From: Thraustochytrium aureum
Taxonomy: Eukaryota
DNA: 25,870 nt
Direction: 5' to 3'
NCBI GenBank assembly: GCA_012862495.1
Contig: BLSG01000080.1
Coordinates: 62,001-87,870, forward strand
The notes under the pieces are model-generated. The model searched no databases, had not been told where the DNA came from, and worked only from the letters and a program-made list of their open reading frames with translations. The position numbers and the translations under genes are program-made. Positions 9,594 through 18,824 of the stretch are shown in pieces. The stretch's first letter is position 1; every line of letters starts with the position of its first letter.

Positions 9594-9992
9594 NNNNNNN
9601 NNNNNNNNNNNNNNNNNNNNNNNNNNNNNNNNNNNNNNNNNNNNNNNNNNNNNNNNNNNNNNNNNNNNNNNNNNNNNNNNNNNNNNNNNNNNNNNNNNNN
9701 NNNNNNNNNNNNNNNNNNNNNNNNNNNNNNNNNNNNNNNNNNNNNNNNNNNNNNNNNNNNNNNNNNNNNNNNNNNNNNNNNNNNNNNNNNNNNNNNNNNA
9801 ACTGTGTTTCATCGTTCGTTCTGGTTGGCATCGAAGCCACATCGCTCGCGACAACTCGGGCGCACCGCTCTCGCTTCATCAGAATCACGAACGCGCGCCC
9901 TCTGTTCTGAGCCGGCCCGCCTGTGCAAAACCACAGGTCCAGTTATGCCAGTGCAAGCGCGAGCCCGCGCCCATCCCTTCGCCGAGCGCCGC

Positions 9993-12467
9993 TCAGATTG
10001 AAAGCGAGGTCAAGGCGTGAAACAGAGCCGGCAAATTGTTCGACTTGATGGCTTTGCGGCAAGCCGCAACGACAGCGGCCTGAGGCTTGCCTGCCCGCAA
10101 GCGCGATGCGCGCTGGATGACTTGGTTGACCTGCTTGAGGCACGCAAGAAGCTGCTCCTGGTTGTTGGCTCGCTTGTTGTACTCCCCAATCAGCTGTCGG
10201 TTGAGCGTCGTCAGGGCTTGGTAGGACTGGCTCACGCCAGCAACATCGCCTAGTAGGCGCGAGTCCTCTGCCTTGACGACCAGGCTCTTGATATAATGCG
10301 ACTCGTCCGCCATCTCGGCGCCGAGCCGCTGCCGGATGTCATGGAGTTCCGAAGCCTCCTCCAAAAGGGCCTCGAGCTCGCGCATCTCGCGCGGAAAGTC
10401 GGCGCTCGTCTCCAGCTGCTTTACACCGAGCTGGGCACATAGCTCCTGAACGAGCTCTGCCGCCAGCTCGAGCAGGTCGCTTTGGAGCCGTACATGCACG
10501 CGTGTGCCTTCTCCACGGGCCTCGAACACCACTCGAGCCTCGTCCAAGAGGCGCGAAAACGAGGCATGCACCCGGTCGTCGCGCTGTAGTTCCGCCGGAT
10601 CAGGAACCAGCACGGTTCCAAACATGCAACCGATTGCGCGCGCAAAACGCTCCGTGGTCACACCTTCGAGAGTGAAGGTTGCCGAGCCAACCTCTTCACC
10701 TTCGTCGAGCAGCTGATCTGGGCCAGGCAGCGGCGCCTTCACAAAGGCCGCAAACTGCGCGAGCTCGATGACGTTTTCGAAGACATGTAGGTAGTCGGAT
10801 GTGCCGCGCGCCGCGACGAACGTCTGCACGCGGAGCTCGGTGGAGACCTGCTTGCAGGGTACGAAGCGGATTGAGAGATCGGGGCCAGCCGAGCCTTTGG
10901 TCGCTGCAGAAGCCATCTTGCACTCAGCTCCGAGAGCGCCTGAATCAAGGGCGAAAAGGATCAGGTGCTGCACCGAGCAGTCCACCGCGTTCACGCGAGA
11001 GCGCACCTCAAGGCACCCCGCCTCTGCGTTGCTCACGAGTTCCACACGAACCTCCGTACCCTCAGGAAGAGCTCCGATGGGTCGCTCAAGAGCGCCTGTT
11101 TTCGCCTTTCGCAGCGCCTCCTCAAGCGAGCGAAGCTCGATCAATTTTTGCGTCGCGTCCTCTTGCAGTTTTGCTAGTCGCTCGTTGCGCTGCTCGTGTT
11201 GGTGCCCGCGCAGGGGGCGTGCCACTCCCTCGTCCGCTTCTGGCCGAGGTGAGAGGTCAGCATTCGGCTCCGTCGTTTCGCGCGTCGCAGCGTCGGTCCA
11301 CTCGTCTCCGCGCAACGCGCCAACCACAAGCTCGCCGGCATCCAGCCCCTCACCAGCGAGGTGTGACGACGGGTTTACGCCGCCTTTGCTGTGCGCCCCG
11401 GCACGGCCCTCCGCAAGCGCAAAGCCATGGAATCCACCATCTAGGGCAACGTTCCCTGAAGCGCCACCCAGCGCGGCCAGCTGGGGCGCCGTGCTCGCGC
11501 TTGCGTAGCCGCGCACCTCGCCATCGCGGGTGCAGCAAATGAGCTCCGTTGTCCCTGTGTTGCGGAAATCACCTTTGAGAAGCGCCGCAATGGGGCTTGC
11601 GAGTGTCTCCCGGTACACCACCTCGCCGTCCTCGTCGCGGCGAGCCTCTAGCTTGCAGTTGGACCACCCCGTCACAATCTCGTCGACGCCGTCGCCATCG
11701 ATATCAAAGGCTACCATCGCGGTCACGTGGTCTTTGGCCTTAACGCGCCAAACCCGCGTCCTACCGTCGTAAACCCCAATTGTGCCGTTGTTGAGGCCGT
11801 ACGCGAACCTTGTTGGCGCGCCTTTGCCAAGCGGGCACAGGTGCGTGATGCTCTCCGTCTCGGTTACCTCGAAGAGGCTCTCTTCGGACTGGAACACGCG
11901 GATCTCAAAGTCGTCCGAGCCGACGACGAGTTCGTCCTTGCCATCGCTGTCTGCGTCGCAGAGCGCGAGCGCCGTGGCCGTGCCGCCAACCACGGTCCAG
12001 AACTTTTCCAGTCCGTTTTCGTCAAAGCCTTGCAGCGAGCAGTTCCCGCCGACGAAAATGAGAGGTTCTTCCGCCCCGTGAAGCTTGCCGACGAGAACAG
12101 TCCGCACGCCCTCGGGGATGTCGACAAAGAACTTGTCGCAGTTGTTGTGCACGTCGTACGCCAATAAGCTGCTCGGTGATCCGACCATCAGAATGTCTTG
12201 CCCCCCCACAGCGCCCGCGTCGGCGCCCAGCCTCCCGCAGGACAGCGAGGTGATCTCTCGGTTCATGTTGAGAAACCTCGTTGTCGCCTCTTTCCGCGCA
12301 GCCGCACCACCAAACCCGGGCGCCCCGCCATCAGCATCCAGCAGCAGCACGCGGTTCCCGCTCGTCGCGATCGCCAGCGTGTTCCGTTCGCCGTCAAGCC
12401 GCCCCAGGCAGACCAGCCCGGGCTCCACGCGGCACTTGACATCTGTGCGAAAGCTCGTGGGCAGCAT
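9993..12467 (-). CDS. BBS2: Bardet-Biedl syndrome 2 protein (BBSome core subunit)
   Basis: Start MLPTSFRTDV...GRLDG at 12467. Conserved segments: LLAYDVHNNCDKFF, GGNCSLQGFD, FWTV, ELVVGSDDFEIRVF, FAYGLNNGTIGVY, EIVTGWSN, GEVRGY, AEMAD, KAEDSRL, LKQVNQVIQRASRLRAGK. About 824 aa, no intron needed. Confidence 0.95.
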   Translation of the reverse strand: MLPTSFRTDVKCRVEPGLVCLGRLDGERNTLAIATSGNRVLLLDADGGAPGFGGAAARKEATTRFLNMNREITSLSCGRLGADAGAVGGQDILMVGSPSSLLAYDVHNNCDKFFVDIPEGVRTVLVGKLHGAEEPLIFVGGNCSLQGFDENGLEKFWTVVGGTATALALCDADSDGKDELVVGSDDFEIRVFQSEESLFEVTETESITHLCPLGKGAPTRFAYGLNNGTIGVYDGRTRVWRVKAKDHVTAMVAFDIDGDGVDEIVTGWSNCKLEARRDEDGEVVYRETLASPIAALLKGDFRNTGTTELICCTRDGEVRGYASASTAPQLAALGGASGNVALDGGFHGFALAEGRAGAHSKGGVNPSSHLAGEGLDAGELVVGALRGDEWTDAATRETTEPNADLSPRPEADEGVARPLRGHQHEQRNERLAKLQEDATQKLIELRSLEEALRKAKTGALERPIGALPEGTEVRVELVSNAEAGCLEVRSRVNAVDCSVQHLILFALDSGALGAECKMASAATKGSAGPDLSIRFVPCKQVSTELRVQTFVAARGTSDYLHVFENVIELAQFAAFVKAPLPGPDQLLDEGEEVGSATFTLEGVTTERFARAIGCMFGTVLVPDPAELQRDDRVHASFSRLLDEARVVFEARGEGTRVHVRLQSDLLELAAELVQELCAQLGVKQLETSADFPREMRELEALLEEASELHDIRQRLGAEMADESHYIKSLVVKAEDSRLLGDVAGVSQSYQALTTLNRQLIGEYNKRANNQEQLLACLKQVNQVIQRASRLRAGKPQAAVVAACRKAIKSNNLPALFHALTSLSI

Positions 12468-12475
12468 TTGCCCGT

Positions 12476-12505
12476 CAAGCCAAGCCAAGCCAAGCCAAGC
12501 CAAGC
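12476..12505. repeat. (CAAGC)6 microsatellite immediately upstream of the BBS2 start
   Basis: Six perfect pentamer copies. Confidence 0.9.
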
Positions 12506-13175
12506 CAGAGCACGCCGCCTCGCCTCTGCCCTTACAGAGCAACGGCCGACGCCGCCCGCAAGTCTGCCGCCTTGCAAGTCTGCCGCCTTGCGAGCCTGCG
12601 TGCCTGCCCGCCCTGCCTGCGTGCCTGCCCCTCGCCGTTGCGCCTGCGAGTCCCATGCACGGGACGAGCAAACTGTTCGCGGCGAGTTCGCGGAGCAAAA
12701 GTCTTTGCCAATGGTGTCGCTTCGTTCGACGATCAAAGAACTATACCACACAACTCGCCTACAGTGCAGTCCTGGACGCGTTGCGTTGATGAGCAGGAAG
12801 GAAGCGGCCAGGCGGTGGCTGGCTGTGCAGGTGCAGTGCTCCAGCAGTACCTGTGCCTCTACTAGAGGTACTGCAGGCAATTTGCCTACGGGTGATGCAA
12901 TTCGGCACGCATGGAGGTACTGCGTTTTGCTCTCGAGCACTGGTCTCGGAGATCGTGAAACAATTCTCCCCAGATGGTGTCGCGGCGGCGGTGGCGCCTG
13001 TGGACAGCAAACAGCAGGCGCGCAAGCCGGCAGACGCGGAACGGACGGGAGACGCGCAGGACGCGAGCGCTGGTGGCGCGCGCGCAGGCCCGCGACTGAG
13101 GCAGCGCAACTGCGGCCTGCCGTGGGCCCCTGACGGTGGGCGAGAGGCCACGCGCCGCGCCGCGCGTCGAGCAGG

Positions 13176-14675
13176 ATGGAGGACTGCGGCGCGGGGGACG
13201 TCGTGGACGTGGTTGTCGTCGGCGCCGGACTTAGTGGACTTGCCTGCGCTGCGCGGGTCGCAGAGCGCGACGAGGGCCGGCGGGTGGTGGTGCTGGAGGC
13301 GCAGAGCCGGGTCGGGGGCAGGGTGTTTCCTGGCACGGCTGATCCGCTCGTACCGGGGCTGGAGATGGACTTTGGCGCCGAGTTCGTCCACGGCGATGGG
13401 ACCGTGCTTCACAAGTACGCCGAGGAGGAGGGCTGGCAGATGCGGCAGATCTTCATCTGGGCGCACGGCGATGGGGGCCCGCTTGAAGAGGCTGCGCCAG
13501 ACGGCGGTGCAGGGTATTACTACGTTGGCGGCGAGGGGAAACTCCAGCGGTTTGACGCACTGGACGACGAGCTGGAGGCCTTGTCCGACGAGCTAGACAA
13601 GCTGAGCAGCGCGGAGCTCACGGAGGAGCAAAGCCGTGGATCCCTGGCCAAGTACCTGATGTCGCGCGGGGTGACGCGCAAGGGGTTGGCCATGGCCAGG
13701 GCCGGCTACGCAAACACCCTCGGCGCGAGCCTGGAACATCTTGGGATGGGCCTCACCAGCCGGATCGAAAAACTCTGGGACAACGACGGAGGCGACGTAG
13801 ACTACCGCATCGTTCCCTCTTGCAGGCCGCTGCTTGAGCGCATGGCGCGTCGCGCGCGCGGCACGGCCGGGGCCAGCGAGATCCGCCTCAACTCCAAGGT
13901 GCGGCGCATCCAGGCGGACGGGTCGACCGGCCCGGTTCGCGTCGAGTATGAGGATTCAAACGGCCAGCGCCGCGTGCTCCTCGCCCGCGCTGTCGCAGTA
14001 ACGGCCCCGCTCCCGGTACTGCAGGGCCGCCACCCGGGCGAGACGATTGAATTCGTCCCCGCTTTGCCAGCAGACAAGCGGCAAGCCATCGGCCGGCTCG
14101 GCGTCCGCGGCGCGATCAAAATCGTGGCCTCGTTTTCCGAGCCGTTTTGGCCGAAGGACCTGCACGGCGCGATCTGCGCCGACTGCCCGATCCCCGAGTT
14201 CTGGGTCAAAGACGCTGGCCACCCCGTCGACGCGAAGGGCAACTTGCTGCCGATGCCGTCGCCAGACCCGCGTGACCAGTACCATGTTCTTGTGGGGTTT
14301 GCAATGGCAGGCTTTGCGGCGGATCTAACGTCGTTCACTGACAGCCAGATCCTCGACACATTTCTGGGGCAATTGGACGAGATCTTTGGCAACGGTCGCG
14401 CGTCTGCGGCCTTCAAGGGCGGCTTCGTCTTCGACTGGTCCAAGGTTCCGTTTATTCGGGGCGGCTACTCGTTTCCCTCGGTTCACGAGCGACCAGAGTC
14501 GCGGACCCTCTATGCGAGGCCCGAGTTTGGCGGCCGTCTCGTGTTTGCTGGGGAGGCGAGCGATGACGAGCAGGCATACATGACGATGCACGCGGCCATC
14601 CGCACTGGCGAGCGGGCCGCAGATCAGATAATGGACGGGGCCGGACTCGGCTCGCAGACAGCAAGCAAGTTGTAG
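13176..14675 (+). CDS. Flavin-containing amine oxidase (monoamine/polyamine oxidase family)
   Basis: FAD-binding VVVVGAGLSGLACA...LEAQSRVGGRV; DFGAEFVHG; VTAPLPVL; FVPALP; DWSKVPFIRGGYS; LVFAGEA; MHAAIRTGERAA. 499 aa, intronless. Confidence 0.92.
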   Translation: MEDCGAGDVVDVVVVGAGLSGLACAARVAERDEGRRVVVLEAQSRVGGRVFPGTADPLVPGLEMDFGAEFVHGDGTVLHKYAEEEGWQMRQIFIWAHGDGGPLEEAAPDGGAGYYYVGGEGKLQRFDALDDELEALSDELDKLSSAELTEEQSRGSLAKYLMSRGVTRKGLAMARAGYANTLGASLEHLGMGLTSRIEKLWDNDGGDVDYRIVPSCRPLLERMARRARGTAGASEIRLNSKVRRIQADGSTGPVRVEYEDSNGQRRVLLARAVAVTAPLPVLQGRHPGETIEFVPALPADKRQAIGRLGVRGAIKIVASFSEPFWPKDLHGAICADCPIPEFWVKDAGHPVDAKGNLLPMPSPDPRDQYHVLVGFAMAGFAADLTSFTDSQILDTFLGQLDEIFGNGRASAAFKGGFVFDWSKVPFIRGGYSFPSVHERPESRTLYARPEFGGRLVFAGEASDDEQAYMTMHAAIRTGERAADQIMDGAGLGSQTASKL

Positions 14676-14687
14676 GGGCTGCTCTAG

Positions 14688-15743
14688 CTAGCTAGAGGAA
14701 AGGCAACGAAGAAATACTGATCTGCTCCACCGACGTCCTTCAGTAGAATCGCCCGCTTCCAGAGAAGCCGTGCTGCGGCTCGTTCGCGCCGGCTCGCAAA
14801 TTGCCATAGTCGTGTTGGAAGCCACCGGCACCGGGCGGCCGTGCATGGCGCGCGGGCCTTCATTCCCCGCGGCGTACAGCAGCGCTTTGCGCGCAGAGGG
14901 CTGGTCCTGCGAATAGCGATCCTCCTCGCGTCGAAAGTATTGTGGGGCCGGGAGACTCGAATATGCCGCGCTCTCTATCGCGCTCGATGTGTAGCTTTGC
15001 GCGCCGTATCCGGGGCGGCTACCATCCCACTCATCCTCGCGTGCAGGACCTCCACCGCCGCCAGAGGGCCCTCCGCGCGGCGTGGCCATCATCAGCTCGT
15101 ACGCGGACGGTGTTTCGTAGAGACTGGCCCGGCCAAACCCGCTCATGCCGTGCTGGCCCTGCGGCGCAGCTTGGCGCACGGGGACGTCGCAGCCGAATTG
15201 AATGCTGCTCCGGCCACCGGGTGGCTGGCTCACCACCGTGCTGGTGAACTTTCCGCCGTATCCGCCGTTGTAGTCTGCCTGTTGGCGGGAATATGCGGGC
15301 TGGCTGGACCCGGGGCCGTTGTAAGGCGAGTAGTCAAACCCAAGCTGTATGGAGCTGCGCCCGCCAGGCGGCTGCGACACCATTGTGCTAGGCAAGGAGC
15401 CCGCGTTTGCGCCGATTCCGCCGCCGCCTCCGAAGTCGCCGCCGAAGCTGCTTTGCGCCTCTGTCCTGCCATACGCGGGGCTCTGCTGGTATGGCGCTGA
15501 TGCGCTCTGGTAGTGTCCGCCTCCGCCGCCTCGAGCGGCACCGCGGGCCTCGTATGCTTGCCCAAACCCGGCCACCGAGGAGCTCCCAAACTGAATCGAG
15601 CTCGCCCCTCCTGGCGGCTGCGACACGAACGTGCTCTGCCTACCAGCCGCGGCACTGCGCTCCTGCGACCCGTCCTGGAACGCGAACGATATCTGCGACC
15701 GCCCCCCTGGCGGCTGCGCAACCCTTGCATTATGTTGGTACAT
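14688..15743 (-). CDS. Gly/Ser/Gln-rich protein with four PPGG repeats (Jupiter/HN1- and SPIRAL1-like microtubule-associated motif)
   Basis: ATG at 15743. Repeats: VAQPPGGRSQISF, VSQPPGGASSIQFG, VSQPPGGRSSIQLG, VSQPPGGRSSIQFG. The 3' end is less certain because the stop is only 12 bp from the amine oxidase stop. Confidence 0.75.
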   Translation of the reverse strand: MYQHNARVAQPPGGRSQISFAFQDGSQERSAAAGRQSTFVSQPPGGASSIQFGSSSVAGFGQAYEARGAARGGGGGHYQSASAPYQQSPAYGRTEAQSSFGGDFGGGGGIGANAGSLPSTMVSQPPGGRSSIQLGFDYSPYNGPGSSQPAYSRQQADYNGGYGGKFTSTVVSQPPGGRSSIQFGCDVPVRQAAPQGQHGMSGFGRASLYETPSAYELMMATPRGGPSGGGGGPAREDEWDGSRPGYGAQSYTSSAIESAAYSSLPAPQYFRREEDRYSQDQPSARKALLYAAGNEGPRAMHGRPVPVASNTTMAICEPARTSRSTASLEAGDSTEGRRWSRSVFLRCLSSS

Positions 15744-15800
15744 AGCGCCGCCTCGCAAGCCCACGCGCGATCGATCAATCAAGCTGCAGAACGCTGCAGC

Positions 15801-15843
15801 GTTGCTGCAGGGTTGCTGCAGGGTTGCTGCAGGGCTGCTGCAG
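15801..15843. repeat. 11-bp tandem repeat (GTTGCTGCAGG, about 4 copies)
   Basis: gttgctgcagg gttgctgcagg gttgctgcagg gctgctgcag; two more GCTGCAG cores lie just upstream. Confidence 0.85.
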
Positions 15844-16045
15844 AGCTCGGGCCAGAAAGTCAGGGGCTGCCACGCCGCCGAGCTCTGCCGCGGCTACTTC
15901 GCCACGCGCACTCTGAACAAGTGCGATGGCAGAAAAGGAGCCGTTGGAAGTCCACATTGACCATGCTGCGTCCGGTCCCAGCGAGACGACAGTGCGGAAC
16001 GCAATTGACGCGAAGGAGCAGCAGCGCCCATCCATCACGTCCTGC

Positions 16046-16118
16046 GCAGGCAGGCAGGCAGGCAGGCAGGCAAGCGTGCTAGTGGGCAGGCGGGCAGGCA
16101 GGCAAGCGTGCTAGCGGG
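16046..16118. repeat. (GCAG)n microsatellite with a duplicated GCAGGCAGGCAAGCGTGCTAG block
   Basis: (GCAG)6 at 16046-16069; GCAAGCGTGCTAGYGGGC occurs twice. Confidence 0.85.
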
Positions 16119-16185
16119 CCAGCAGACGCGGAGAAGAGGTTGTGGGCGTGGCTGCATATTTGTCTTGGTTGGCCGTCTGGACACG

Positions 16186-17010
16186 ATGGGCCCCGCTCGA
16201 GGTGTGAAACGGAAGGCTGACCCTGGGTCAGCGACGAAGGTTGCCGCGAAGGGCGCCGCGACGGATGCCAGCATGAAGCGCTCGAAGAAAGGCAAAGCCG
16301 AGGTGCCAGATCAGGCCGTCACCCCAAAGCAAGTGGCGACAAGGGGAACCCCGCGCAAGCCGGAGCCCAAGGCTGAGAGCAAGCCCGTGGCCAAGTCTGC
16401 GGCCAAGTCTACGACCAAGCCGGCGGCCAAGTCCGCGACCAAGCACAAGTCCGAGACAAAGCCCACGTCCGACGCAAAGCCCGTGGCCAAGCCAGTTGCC
16501 AAGTCCGCGACCAAGCCCGCGACCAAGCCCACGTCTGACTCCAAGTCCGCGACCAAGTCCGCGACCAAGTCCGCGACCAAGTCCGCGACCAAGCCCGCTG
16601 CCAAGCCAACTGAAAAGCCTGCGCCCAAGCCGAAAACAGCATCGAGCAAGAGTGGCAAGCGCGAAAAGGGCAAACCTTTGACCCCAGAGCAAGAAGTGGA
16701 CAAGCTCGTGGCCGAGCACGACCACCTCTGCCAGGTGCAAACGGCGTATGGCGTCAAGGTGCGCTGTTCGATCCTCAATCACGAGATCCAGGCCAAGCCG
16801 GAGGCTATCCGCAAGTATCTTGCAAGCAAAAAGCTCTTCAAGGCCAAGAACGACTGGTACGGCGACAAGTGGCCGGAGCAATACCTGCCGCTCATCGCCC
16901 CGCACAAACGCGACCCGAAGAAGCTCTACTGCACGTTGACCAAGCAACTGCTCAACAAGATTCCGGATCAGGTCGCAAAGCACGTCGCGGGGCGGCGCTT
17001 CCTGAAAAAG
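16186..17010 (+). CDS. SURF2: Surfeit locus protein 2 homolog with Lys/Ala/Thr/Pro/Ser-rich repetitive N-terminus; 3' end in N-gap
   Basis: KVRCSILNHEI...IRKYLASKK...YLPLIAPHKRDPKKLYCTLTKQLLNKIPDQVAKHVAGRRFLKK matches the SURF2 domain (VRCxLTGHE...Y..GKK...PHIVP...LFCKLT...INK.P.HV..H..GRRY). ATG at 16186. Confidence 0.85.
16378..16610 (+). repeat. Coding 12-bp minisatellite (AAGTCCGCGACC and variants; KSAT/KPAT units)
   Basis: Four perfect AAGTCCGCGACC copies at 16543-16590, with degenerate copies on either side. Confidence 0.9.
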
Positions 17011-17485
17011 NNNNNNNNNNNNNNNNNNNNNNNNNNNNNNNNNNNNNNNNNNNNNNNNNNNNNNNNNNNNNNNNNNNNNNNNNNNNNNNNNNNNNNNNNN
17101 NNNNNNNNNNNNNNNNNNNNNNNNNNNNNNNNNNNNNNNNNNNNNNNNNNNNNNNNNNNNNNNNNNNNNNNNNNNNNNNNNNNNNNNNNNNNNNNNNNNN
17201 NNNNNNNNNNNNNNNNNNNNNNNNNNNNNNNNNNNNNNNNNNNNNNNNNNNNNNNNNNNNNNNNNNNNNNNNNNNNNNNNNNNNNNNNNNNNNNNNNNNN
17301 NNNNNNNNNNNNNNNNNNNNNNNNNNNNNNNNNNNNNNNNNNNNNNNNNNNNNNNNNNNNNNNNNNNNNNNNNNNNNNNNNNNNNNNNNNNNNNNNNNNN
17401 NNNNNNNNNNNNNNNNNNNNNNNNNNNNNNNNNNNNNNNNNNNNNNNNNNNNNNNNNNNNNNNNNNNNNNNNNNNNNNNNNNNNN

Positions 17486-18824
17486 CCTCGCAGACAGGGC
17501 AAGGCGGTATCTAGAGAGGCGGCAGCTGCGCGAAGAGCAGCACCGCGTCGAGGAGGAGGAGCGGTCGCGGATAGGGCTGCGCGACCGCCCTGAGATCAAC
17601 CGGAACAGCGCTCGCCTTGCCGCAGAGCGCGGCCGCGGCGGAGACGTCGCGCACGCGCTGTACGCGGAGGCGGAGGCGCAGAGGCGCAACCGCGAGGCGC
17701 TTGCCGCAGAGCTTGTCAGCAGCGCGCTGCTCAACAACCCGGCAATCACCAAGCAGGCAGCCGAGCTGGTCAGGGACGGCAGCGTGAGCGAGCGCCTCTA
17801 CCAGCAGGCGGTGGACAAAAACAAGCGCCACGCAGGGCACGGCGCCGCACGGTCCGAACATTCAGCGAACGCGGCCGACCACAGCCCCGGCGCCACCAAA
17901 AAGCCCCAGCGAGTCCCAATCGATGGGACGCGCGCGGGCCTTGGCGACGAAGCCGCCCGCGCGCGGCGCAGCGAAACCGCGGTCAAACACACCGAAGCAC
18001 TGTACCAGCGCGCGCTAGAGATGAGAGAGAAGCGAGAGGTCGAGCAGCAGGAGCTGGAGATGCGGCTGCGCAAGGGAGCAAAGCCCAAGCTGTCAACGAA
18101 AACCAAGCAGATTGCCGCAGAGCTCGGCCAGTCCTCTGCTGAGCGTTTGCTTCAGTCAAAGACAGAATCTCTCAGAGATATGGCGCGCAAGCACTCGCAA
18201 GGCGCGGCCCACGGAGAAGAGCTCACCTTCAAGCCGCGGATCAACCCAAAGTCCAAGCAAATCCTCCGCGATGGCAGACCCGCCGAAGCGGCCCAGGGGC
18301 CAACACACGACCGGCTCTACAAGGAGCACTCGTCGCGGGTCGCGAGGCGCTCGTCGATGTCTTCCATGTCGTTCAAGTCGCGGGAAGAAAAGGCCTTGGA
18401 AGAGTGCACGTTTCGGCCGATGATAACGCCATTCGAGCCTCAGGCGCACACCGAAGCGGACAAGGGCGGTCGCCAGAGCATTGCAGATCGCCTTGTCGAG
18501 TGGGAGCAAAAGCGAGCAGCGCGTCTTGAGCAGCAGCGCAAGCTCAAGGAGCAAGAAGGCCTCGGCGAGGAGTACACGTTCGCGCCAAAGACCAATGCGT
18601 CGAGAGTCGGGGCAACGGCGCCCCAAAAGGCCCGGCGCGCATCGCTCCCGAGCGGAGGGCCACCGTCGGCCCGGTCTGGGAGTGGCGGGGAGCGGGCAGG
18701 ACGAGTATTAGCGGTATCGACCGTCACCTCGAGCGACAACGCAAGGCCCGAGAGGAGCGGGAGCGCAAGCAACTGGCACACTCGGCGCGCCCGAAGTGGA
18801 CCAATAAACTCACTGTTCCTGTAG
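17486..18824 (+). CDS. Uncharacterised coiled-coil protein with TFxPxIN / xxRLY repeats; 5' end in N-gap, 3' end uncertain
   Basis: Open frame with alternating motifs RPEINRNS..VAHALY, PAITKQA..VSERLY, PKLSTKT..AERLL, TFKPRINPKS..HDRLY, CTFRPMIT..IADRL, YTFAPKTN. The Pro-rich ORF 18890-19306 may be a further exon. Confidence 0.7.

Noticed and set aside
9800..10001. Post-gap part of the 924-aa nuclease ORF
   Set aside because: It is an artefact of reading through Ns: it lacks the expected SDH motif, looks UTR-like and overlaps the BBS2 stop.
12468..12698. 77-aa N-terminal extension of BBS2 in the ORF track
   Set aside because: It translates microsatellites (LAWLGLAWL) from a non-ATG start; homology begins at ATG 12467.
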